DNA of 64,000 bases from Camelus ferus. Its lineage: Eukaryota. How positions within the stretch are numbered: position 1 is the first letter of the stretch; the number at the start of each line of letters is the position of its first letter. The stretch is taken from contig NC_045696.1 in NCBI RefSeq assembly GCF_009834535.1, positions 87,918,001 through 87,982,000 on the forward strand, in the 5' to 3' direction. Under the pieces are notes generated by a model. The model did not search any database. It saw nothing but the letters and a program-made list of their open reading frames with translations, and had not been told where the DNA came from. A program made the position numbers and the translations under genes. Positions 53,748-64,000 of this stretch are shown in pieces.

Positions 53748-53942
53748 CTGTTCCTGGGTTTTATTTTTAAGAGTTTGAACCTGTGACGTAAACAAGGCTA
53801 TCTTTTTCTCTTTGTTGCAGATATTTTTAATCCAATTCCTATAATAGTGAAACTCTGAGAATCTCAAACAGATATGGGCTTACTTTTTTTTTTTTAATGG
53901 GATCTGATCTCATGAGATGAGATTTTTTTAATTCCCACCTGG
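53748..53942 (-). pseudogene. Putative decayed exon of an unnamed coiled-coil gene
   Basis: Strong acceptor ctttttcttgttttccttttttctctctggtag| and donor CAG|gtagag. Translates ...LFEILRVSLL*ELD*KYLQQREKDSLVYVT[fs]VQTLKNKTQEQ. Both stops are one C>T change from Gln codons. Confidence 0.55.
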
Positions 53943-56900
53943 CTACCAGAGAGAAAAAAGGAAAACAAGAAAAAGTAGAACTAAACTCTGTATGTAAATT
54001 TACATCTGCTCTTCAGAGAACTACAAATTTCATGCAACAAAAATGACAGCGTATGAATTAAGTCAGTTTTTACCAGAAATGGAAATACATATTAAAACAC
54101 CCATTTCTGAAAATGGCTCCAAGTCACTGGAGTATTGTTACAAAAGTAACAAAAGCAAAAATCATGTAAGCATTGTTAAAGAATAAAATATATCCTGATT
54201 TTATGTATTAAAGTAAAAAAGACAAGACATAATACATACAGAATTATTAGATATATCCTAAACAATTATAGGTTCTTGATACAGTATATCAGTCACAACT
54301 CAGCAAAAATTCTATTTTCATTAATACCAAAAAAGCCCCACCTCAAATAAAAGAGCCATCAAAAGTCCACTTTCTTACTTCAAATCCACTTTGTTTTGTT
54401 ATTCAAACATTCTGATATTTTCAAAATTAGAACTATTCTGATGATGCAAATTAAATCTGTACAGGATGCAACTCTACCATTCACAGATTTTTATCTCCTA
54501 CTAGAAAAGGGTCAAGTTTATTTCATTCATTATGTTTACATAATCAAAGCACTAGGAAGCACTAACAGAGGTGCCTTTCTCATGAAGTCCAAGCAAGAAG
54601 ACAGAGGTGTAAATTACTAATAACATAAGAAAAAAATGAAGTATGTCTGCAACAAAATTGTAAGTCATATAATGTGGGAACTAATCAGTATATTCTAATT
54701 TGAGTATTAAGGAACGCTGCAAACAAGTGGCAATTTTTAAACCTAATCTCTAAGTCTGATACAGAGCCTTGCGTGTGATAGTTACTCAACAAATGATTAC
54801 TACATGCATTTTTTTAGTAATGTTTTCGGGAAAAAAAATTTCAAGTATGTAAATAATGAACTTTCATAAACAGAATCAGTCTGACATAGCCACTAACAGT
54901 CTTGGCCAATATGTGATGGTAATTGATCCCAAAATATGATGACTGTGCTCTGCAGTGGTTGTGGACCATTCCTCAAGGACTACCTAACTTGACCTGGAGT
55001 GCTGTATCATTCCATGGTGCAGCAACTTTAGCCTTAACACAGTGAATATAACTCTCAAAATTTAACGTCTCCCAATCTAATTCCATCAGAAATCTTCACA
55101 GAGGTGTGTGTAAATCTAATTCTGCACCAGGAAATATTGCTGTTATATGTTAAAAACAAGTCAAAGGAATCCACTCTGGCTATCATCACAGGACTGTAGC
55201 AGATGGTAGGAGACGGTGTTCATTATAGGGACCACTTTAAAAAAACACTTTCATAAAAGCATGCTCAAGAATTTGGGGATAGGAAGAGACTAATGAGCAG
55301 CATAGGTAAAGAATATCTGCTTTCCAAAGCTAAATGTACTCCACCAAGTAAATATGCTATCACCCCCAATTGTCAAAGTCTCCTCACTTAACCTTTCAAA
55401 ATTTCAGAAAGAGGGAGGAACAAAGCTATCACTAATCATCTACCAATCTCACTGCATCTGCTGAAGCATCTTGGTATCCACCATTAGTGAGATGGATGAG
55501 AAAGGTTGCCTTCACTCCTCTGGTGATGCATGAAGGCTGTTTCTTTGTTAGCAGCAATCCTCCTTTATTGGCATGAAAGCCCAGGAGTGGGAAAAAAAAC
55601 ATTTTTTTCCAGTTTACTCAAGAGACACATCCACTTCACCCAGAATAGATAGATGCAGGAACTACTCTACATCCCTAAAAATTGTAATTTTTGTGTGTGT
55701 GTTACAGAATCTCCCTCATCCCTCCTCTATCTGTGTTTAAAGACTGACTCTCCTCAAAAGTTTAAAAAGCTTTAAATTCCTAAACTGGAAAGCAGAAGGA
55801 CTGGACTCTGTGTTTCTATGTGTCTCTAGCCAATTGGGTAATTTTTTTTTAAGAGTAATTTGGTCATGCTATGGCTCTGTTTCCCCCATATATCTGCTTT
55901 AAGGGCCTTTTTTGAATAAATATAAAACGTATATTGTAGGAAGTGAAACAAAAATAAAAAGAACAATTATTCAACTATAGGTTGAAATAAATCCTATTTC
56001 AGCATTCAAAAAGAAGAAAATGATGGGACCAATCTTGGAAAATGGTCATCTGTAACTGATACAAAACTATCAAAATCAACAACTTCAAAGGAGGGAAAGA
56101 ATTCTGCTGAAGAACCAGACGACATGCCAACAGAACTTTTGGGTCTGCACTCAGTCTTACTTAATCCATCTTTGATATTAGATCACATTGGTATACTTAA
56201 ATATTTTTATTATATCACTGTAGTTTTAATAATATTCTACATAGAACAAATTACAGAAATCCCCCCAAATGGGTGTATAATCTAACTCCTACCCACTTAC
56301 TTTTGTTTTATACCTGCTATCTCAACAAGACTGACCAAAAGACTTTTTCCAAGAAATCTGTTTCTATCTAGAACTTTACAAGAAATATACCTATTCTTCT
56401 CTTCAACCTACTGATAAGGTCTCGATTAAATTATACTTCTTTCCTGGTGATTTATGAGATCACCCCAAATCTCAGGACCCTCTCCCTCTTCTGTAATGCA
56501 TAACTTGTAACTGGTTTGGGCACTGAAGAAATAGTTACAAAAAAATGTACATGTGATAAAGGTCTTATGAGTAAAAAGAAACACTGCCCAAAGAGTAAAT
56601 GAACTAGAAAGTCACCTGAACAAGGACCTTTATCACTAGATATGGAAACTAAGATTGATTACAATTGATCATGAGGGGGAAGGAATATAGACATCAACCA
56701 AAAGATGAGTTTAAAATGAATGGAACCTTTTCCTTCTGTGATTCTTCATCATTTACTCTCCCACATTTTGCTTAACTTTCGCGTGTCTGCAAAATAGAAG
56801 CAAAATAGAAAATACCTAAAAATATGAGTCAAAGTCTATGATGTGCCCAAAACTCTGCCTAGTGTAAGGAGAATACAGAATTTGAAGGCAGGAGCCACAC

Positions 56901-59329
56901 CAGAAAGTCATTTGTAAACTAATTTTAAGCCATTTAAGCAAGCAATGACCATAAATTTAATATTAAAATCCAAATGATGTGGTGCAGACTTCACATGTTG
57001 CTATTTCACCCAAGGGGCAGGGCACTGTGCAGAAGAGATGTACAATGACTTTACACAGAAAGGTAGAGATGACTAATTACCAAAGGGAAGGGAAAGACAA
57101 GGGGAAGAAGAAGAACAGGAAGAAGACATTTCAGATTCATGGACAATTTGAACAAAAGCTAAATCTGAATGTACGTGACACTGTGCAGGGGATTAGAAAG
57201 GGCACGTAGAAGCTACAGTCCACAAGAGGTAAGATTTCCATTTCATTTTATATCATGTCTAGAGACTAGAACTAGAGTTAAAAGATAAGAGTTGATCATC
57301 TGCTGGGCAAACTGTTTCTCTTTAATATATTCATCTATAGTTGGGGGAAAAAATACCACCCAGCTTTCAGATATAATGAGATTAAAAATAATGTGTTTAA
57401 AGCACTAAACTCAGGGCCTACTCATGGTAGGTGACTATTAACTTTAGAATTTTTTCTCAGATCAATAAAAGCAAGAACTTCCTAACAACTTAGAGCTGTC
57501 CAACAACAAAAGGAACCAACTCACTGAGGAATTAACTCCCTATCACTGGACATGTTTATATATAGCCTATACCAGTGGCTTTTCCAAAATGAGTTTTGTG
57601 TAGAAAAGCATTGAGCAAGGGAAAGAATTATTTTTATGTTTATTTTTTATCCCACCTTTCAATCTTTATTTTTAATAAGTTATAACATTCATACTACATT
57701 AATCCAGGTGTAAGTGTTCATTACTTTAAAATAAATGTACATAAAGTGGGGAATGTTCCCAAAAGTTGCTTACTAAGAGAAGAAAGTCATCCCTAAATGT
57801 TTTTATTGCTATCTGTTGAGGATGTAGGAAAAAAAGAGTAAACTAGGATAAGCAATAGGGTAGAAATAAAGACAGCATGGTATGGAAGTCTCAGATTATG
57901 AAAGACTTTGAAAGTCAAGCCAGCTGTCTGCCCTATGTGGCTTTTCATATACATTAACTGAATTTTTATATGCTTCTGACTCATTTACAGAAACTGGTTA
58001 TAGAACATGTTAACAGAAAGTGTCAGGCTCTAGAGTAATTATTGGAGGAAAATTGCTTTTGAGTCTGGTCAAAAATAAAAACAGGGAGATAAAGACACCA
58101 GATTTGGACACAAAATTCCAGTTAATAATAATGATGCTAATAAGACCTAACTTTATTGAGTCTTTATTCTGTTTTAGACACTGTTCTAAGTAGTTTATAT
58201 GAACTACCTCATTTTTCCTTTTAACAAATTTGTGAGGTAGATACTGACGTTATAGGTAAGAATGAGTAATTTGCTAAATAAAGGTCACATAGCTGGTTAG
58301 GAAGCAGAGCTCAGGAAGGTTAGCTCCAGCCTCCACCAGCATGCTTTCTAGACGAAAGCATGATTTGGCAATACTTATTTTAAAATCTCAAAAAGGAATA
58401 TGTAATTCAACCCAGGATGCCTACTTCTAGGAGTAAAGTGAATAAGTAATTATGGATGAGTACAAATAGTATTCATATTACTCATGTGATAATGTTTATC
58501 ACAGAGATGTTTATAATACAGAAAAGCAAGAAACCACCTAAATATTCATAGTAGAATTATTTAAATAATTTATATTATATCCACATATAGGATACAGCTA
58601 TTTAAATTGATGTTGCAGATGAGCATTTTCCCAACAATTTTATCAAAAAAACTTTCCATGCATAGCTGCAACATATAAAACAGAGACAAGCAGAGCCCTT
58701 CTGTCTGAAATGGGCTGAGTTGCCAAGGAAATTGATCCCTGCCCTTATAGCACTATGGCTTTTGAGTCTTTGGTAAATCTCACTGCATGAGTGAATACTA
58801 TTAATGTGGGAAATTTTCCACAGTAGAATCTGAGAAACAAAAGACAGCTACAAAATGACTATATACAAATTTGTTCCAAAAAGTCAGTGGGTAAGGACAA
58901 TATAGTCAGAATCCACTCCCGGAAAAAAAAACAATCCTTTTAGTAATAGATAAGGATATAGAGGATTGAGCAGTCTAATTCTTTACACTTCCTCCATCAG
59001 ATTAACCGGCAGCCCTCCTGGGTGGTGTTCCAGTCCTCAGAACACCTTCATTCCTGGCTCCATCTGGGAGGGCAATCAGTGCTCCTTCTAGTCCCGCTTA
59101 TAGATTCTTCAGAATCAAAGAATCTTACTACTGCTGGTATCTTTCAGAATCTAACTTGATGTTTCATTCTACAAGAATCTTTTCTCCCACCATCCAATAC
59201 ACAGCAGGGGTAAGGATGGACTCAGTTCTGCAATTCCAACTCAGCCACTCTATTCTATTTTTCCCTATGATTCTTGATACCTTTAGGTTATCCTTTGTAG
59301 ATGCCAGTACTCAAGCCACCTCCTTGTAT

Positions 59330-59746
59330 ACTTCACTCCCACACTAACATGATCGATAGTACAACAGAAGTGTTGGTATGTGACTTCTGAAGCTTGGTTG
59401 TGAAAATCATTGAGGATTCCACCTGGCTCTCTTGGATGGCTTGCTCTAGGAGAAGCCAACTGTTTTCCCCAGAGAACACTTAACTACATGGAGAAGTCTA
59501 CATGGAGAGAAGTAAGGGTCCTGAACAACAGAAAGTACCACTTGCCAGCCATGTATGTGAGTCTCCTTGGAAGCAGATCCTCCAGCCCAGCATGTATCTA
59601 GCTGCAACTGAATGAGATATCTCAAGGAAGAACTGATGAACAGAGCCCTCCCCAAATCCTGACCTGCAGAAACTATCATCAATGGTTGTTGTTTTAACCA
59701 TTAAGCTTTGTTCTGATTAATTTTGGAGCAACAGATAATGAAAACA
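59330..59746 (+). mobile_element. MaLR MLT1-type LTR
   Basis: tgtgacttctgaagc...cttgctctaggagaagcca...ttggaagcagatcctccagccc...caaatcctgacctgcagaaact...gcaacagataatgaaaaCA. Confidence 0.85.
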
Positions 59747-60210
59747 CTCTTGTCCAAATTAATCATGACAGGGAGCACCTTTCCCTGAATCTCTGAACCT
59801 CTCAATAGTCTGAGCTTGATGAGCTGAGCAAGGTCATTCACCATTCCTGTCAGCACCTATTTGATACTCACCCACTTTGAACTCTCCTACAAAAAAAAAA
59901 AAAAAAATTCTGGTTCCATTTAAAAACTGGAAAATCTTTCTAAGACAGATATTTAAGAATTCAATTTTCAGTTCGTGATCATTTTTGTTCTTCCAATTAC
60001 ATCGATTACATCAATCACCAATATTCAAAAGACATTTAAAGGAAGAACTGATCAAAAAAAAGCAATCATCTAGATGAAGAATCATTATTTACTAAACATG
60101 TTAAGTGCTTCTAAAAGGTGAGAATAAACAAATGACACTGAAAGACTAAGAAACAGATTTATATTTTTTCATTAGACTGTGAGATTGGAAAACTCAGAGA
60201 TGCTCCCTAC

Positions 60211-60289
60211 TCAGGAAAACTGGCTGTAGTTCCTCTCAGCTGGCTTTCATCTTCTGCTGCTCCTTTCCCAGTGTCACATCAAAATCCAT
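60211..60289 (-). pseudogene. Putative decayed exon of an unnamed coiled-coil gene
   Basis: MDFDVTLGKEQQKMKAS*EELQPVFL with donor A|gtaggg. The acceptor appears mutated (cattttaa instead of ...tag). Confidence 0.4.
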
Positions 60290-60737
60290 TTAAAATGTAC
60301 TGCTATTTTTGGTGACCATTTCTTTAATTAGGGTATCAGTTCAACAGATGAACTAGAGTGGCTCAAAATTGAGAGTGTTTTCAACAAGTTATTTCCCTCT
60401 CACACAAAAAGTCTGAGTTAACAAGGCTGCTCTCTTCTGCAAGGTATAAGGGCCCAGACTCTCTCTCTCATTTTTTTTTTTCAGCCCCGACTGAGGTACT
60501 ATCCTTGTTCATACATCTATGATAGAGCATAGGAGGGTATAGGGGAAAGAAACTGTTGACTGATTTTTTTTTTTTTGCATTCAATTGACTGAAGCATAAT
60601 CACATGTACATAAATAACACAAGAAAGTTGAGATTTTAAAGTTATTTCTCTCAGTATTTATCCTTGGGCAGTATATGCCACATATATGTTTAAGAATTTC
60701 CAATGTATATGCACAAATTTTCAACATCCCTCCTTAC

Positions 60738-60863
60738 AGTCTCAGACAAATTTCTTCAACTCTTTTTACACTACATCCCTTTTGATTAATATTAAAATAT
60801 CAATCAGCTCTCTTTCCTCTTCACTTCAATCAGGTATTAAGAATCGCTAACTCAAGGCAATGT
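60738..60863 (-). pseudogene. Putative decayed exon of an unnamed coiled-coil gene
   Basis: ttgttgtcag| ... ACT|gtaagg. Translates HCLELAILNT*L[fs]SEEERELIDILILIKRDVV*KELKK[fs]LSET. Its phase-2 start joins the phase-2 end of 61138-61202. Confidence 0.5.
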
Positions 60864-61137
60864 CTGACAACAATGCATTCCAACAACTACTGTTACATTT
60901 AAACTATTAGAATGACACCTAGGCCACACAAATGAGATGTTGTTAGTTGATTTATTACACAAGGAGTGTTTTTCTTCCCACACACAAGTTTCATAAAACA
61001 GCATAATGACCATTTCATTGCCAAAAAACTTAAGTGATGATTTTCTCCATCTATAAAATTCACATTAAGCAACCTGAACCATGTCATTTTTAAACTGCAC
61101 ATGATAATTAAATGATCCAATGAGAAACAGAATTCAC

Positions 61138-61202
61138 TCATTATCTCATCTTTCTTCTTGGGTCTGTAACTGTTCCTGCAATAAATACCCTTAAAAACTA
61201 GC
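61138..61202 (-). pseudogene. Putative decayed exon (65 nt) of an unnamed coiled-coil gene
   Basis: tcacatcctatcttacag| ... GA|gtgaat. Translates ASF*GYLLQEQLQTQEER*DN(E). An alternative frame (LVFKGIYCRNSYRPKKKDEIM) is open. Confidence 0.45.
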
Positions 61203-62109
61203 CTGTAAGATAGGATGTGATGAAAACACAAATTCAGTGCAACAACAGCACTCACCCTGTGACAGACACTGTCATCACTCTAGTGATTGGGCAATAACCA
61301 CCTCCCATCCTCAAAGCAATTGAATGAAATTTGAATAAAGAAGATTTAACCAAGCAGATATAGGTAATAAGGGAAATATTGCCTCAGGTGGATTGCAGGA
61401 AAGAAACTGACACATTCAAGTACAGTATGTCCAGATCACAGAAAATGAGAGACAGGCAAGACCTGGGGCTGGAGACAGAGTCATTAATTGTATCACACAG
61501 GGGCTTTGGGGATTTCACTCGAAGGTCAATTGGAAGCCACTGAAGAATATCAAGGAGGGAACTGAAATAAACATTTTATGGAAGAAAGCATATGGTGGTA
61601 AAAGCAGAAACTGAGCATCATAGACAGGCAAGACTGCATGTGAAGACAGTAATTTAGAAAGCAATCACAATAATCCAAGCAAGAGGGTGGTGACTGAGAG
61701 TGTCTTAGACTAGGGGTATAGAAGAGAGAAAATGTGAAACCACCACCAGTCAGCAGGCAGAATTGGCATGACTTGCATAGGAAAACACAAAGAGTTTAAC
61801 TCTGGGGGAAAAAAACACCAAAAATGCTAATACAGTTATTCTATGTAGTAATAGTCTAGGCAACTTCTTTTGATCCTTATTCTCAAAAATGTCTACAGTG
61901 AGCAGTATTAATCAGGAAAAGTGACCTAATTGGAATGTGCAGTTTTGTTTATATCATATGATTGCATCATGTAAATAATACAATATAAATAATACAAGCA
62001 AATAATCCTTCAGGGGTCACACAAAAATGATGCCAATGATCTGATAGAACTACTGGTGTTTTTCTTCCTTCTTCTTTGCTCTTTGGTAGGGCTTGCAAAT
62101 ATTTATCTT

Positions 62110-62335
62110 TCATTTATTTAATCATTTATTCAATAAATATTTACTGAGCATCTATACTCTGCCAATCACTCTTCTAGGCACTGGGGATATATGGGAGCAA
62201 AAACCAAAACCAAAAGCTAACAACTCCTCCTACCTTCATGAAGTTCATGTCCTGGTGTGTGTATGAGGCAGTCTAGCATGTGTGGTGGAGGTGGGGATGG
62301 GGTGCAGATATTAGACAATAAATAAGGTAAATAGA
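62110..62335 (-). mobile_element. L2 3' end
   Basis: catttattcaataaatatttactgagcatctatactctgccaatcactcttctaggcactggggatat. Confidence 0.85.
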
Positions 62336-64000
62336 CTATATTGAGTATGCCAAACGGTTAAAAAAGTGATAGGCATGAATTCCTTTTTTTATTAACTGCC
62401 AAAATAAATATTTTCAAGCACAAAGAAGAAGTGAATTAGTAATAGAACTTTGAGAAGTTCAGACAAGATGGACTCATATGTCATCCTCTCATCTTTTCAC
62501 TGTCCCCATTACACAGTAGTAAACTGCCATCCCCACGCACTGACCTCAAAGCACTATGCTTACACTGTATAGTTCTTACCTGGTTCTATTAGAGTTGCAA
62601 AATATATTTTGTTATTTCAAGACTAGACTTATGAATAGACAAAGTTTGGAACCAGTGGTAGAGAGACAACCATTGCTCTTATATTTTAATAATGAACATC
62701 ACAAGTGAACCTCATGTTGTGCATAAAGACTCTTGATGTATGAACAATATCCATTAATTAGTAATTCAGAAATATCTAGTACAAACCCTGTATCTCAAAG
62801 AACACACTTCTAAATATAACTTTTCCATCTGTAAATGGAATTTTGGAAATGTGTTCTCATCAATATTATCTTTTGAGACTCACAAACCTAATGATATTTG
62901 CACCTGACTGGTTGCAAATTTTACTTGGGAGTTATCTATGGAATGGACAGAATTAAATGTAAACATGCCCCACAAAAAGAAGTCACTCTGCCACCCACTG
63001 GTAACCAGTGGCATTGCAGCCTTTGAGGCTGAGAAACTGGAGAATTGTGAATTTGTGCCTGTGAACATTGAACAATATATGTTGGCGAGGATAATCACAG
63101 TCGTGCTCAACTTTTTGAATGATTTGAGATTTTCAGTTGAATCATTTTGTGGCTAAGTGAAGGGAACTGTACATATTCTTCCTGTCTTTCGTTTCATACT
63201 GTGAAGATGAACTTTCTATCCTAACTATAAATTAATGTGTGTGTTTTAAAGGGTAGAACAAATATGTTCACTTAATATTCATGACCTATTTGGTAATGTA
63301 TCTTAAAAATTAATAGCATGCATAACGTTGTGTTTTTAATGAAAGTATTTGAACATTTCTTATACTGTGCAGTGACTAAGTTTATTTTACATAACGAAAA
63401 TAATTCACCACATTCGGTATGATTAGCTGTTAGCTGCAAAGGGTACTCCACAAATCTTCATGCTAGAGGAATTATGATTTGGGGGTAAGCTATTTCAAAC
63501 CTCAGTAACTTTGTTCCCTTTGGGTTATAGTAGGAATATGGTTTATTGATTTTTCTCAAAACATCCAGTGCTTTTCAATGAGGCAAAAGTTTCAAGTATC
63601 TTCACGCAGTAATTTCAAAACTCTCCTCAAACTATAAAACAAAGATTTTTTTCATACATAGTTTAGTGAATATGAAGCAATACAAATTATAATGAGGATC
63701 TGGCTCTCTCTCAGAGCAAAAAGGAAATTTAATTATAGATAAAAATCATCAACCAAAGTAATACCTTTCCCAGAAAGCCAGGAGCAGACTACCATAGCAA
63801 ATGGTATTTAATCCTTCCTTTCACAAGACGTGCACTTTTGAAAAAAATTAAGGAAGACTAAAATAAATAGTGTATACTTCCTCTAAAAGTAAAATCTTTG
63901 CATAGTAATTATAATGACCTTCCTAAATAAGTAAAAAAAATGAACTACTCCAAAATTGAAAATTTCAAGTATTTGTTAAATAATTGTTAAATAATTAAGT

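Noticed and set aside
53798..53880. Plus-strand acceptor tttttctctttgttgcag
   Set aside because: It is better explained as the reverse complement of purine-rich coding-like sequence (LQQREKD). No plus-strand donor follows.
53836..53883. ~45-53 nt GT-AG mini-introns (also near 47455-47500 and 61203-61255)
   Set aside because: These are below the usual minimum mammalian intron size and are probably chance sites or decayed introns.
59910..60110. Further minus-strand exon after acceptor ctcaccttttag
   Set aside because: There are too many stops in every frame and no clear donor, so it cannot be supported without a homolog.
60899..61255. 118-aa minus-strand ORF as a CDS
   Set aside because: It begins at a GTGAGT donor-like GTG and reads through intron-like sequence. 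Only 61138-61202 looks exon-like.
62883..63220. Minus-strand exon-like segment ending in gtgagt
   Set aside because: The acceptor is weak and there is no convincing reading frame or protein resemblance.
1..64000. CRISPR arrays, rRNA, tRNA, CpG-island promoter or prokaryotic systems
   Set aside because: This is mammalian repeat-rich DNA. I saw no regularly spaced repeats, structural RNA genes or CpG island.

Overview
AT-rich, CpG-depleted mammalian genomic DNA, dominated by old interspersed repeats (L1, L2, MIR, MaLR/ERVL LTRs, hAT and Tigger MITEs). The young L1 3' ends are cetartiodactyl-type, and I see no ruminant, pig or cetacean tRNA-SINEs, which suggests a camelid (inference). No intact protein-coding gene is evident, and nearly all ORFs in the supplied track are spurious or repeat-derived. 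The one confidently named gene-like feature is a 5'-truncated RPS6 processed pseudogene (about 3653-4059). It carries an extra ~400 bp tail plus a second poly(A) and splits a MER33 element. The most interesting candidate is a set of minus-strand, splice-site-bounded, partly phase-compatible segments (about 61.2, 60.8, 60.25, 53.8, 47.2 and 46.0 kb; possibly also 35.8, 17.8 and 13.1 kb). They translate to E/Q/K/L-rich, coiled-coil-like peptide interrupted by stops and frameshifts, which points to a decayed multi-exon (unitary) pseudogene that I cannot name. Structural oddities include a 69-bp inverted duplication spanning an LTR junction, a ~230-bp non-tandem templated insertion into an old L1, and an internally deleted L1 with an intact TSD. 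Repeat family names come from recalled consensus sequences, not from a database search, and repeat boundaries are approximate.
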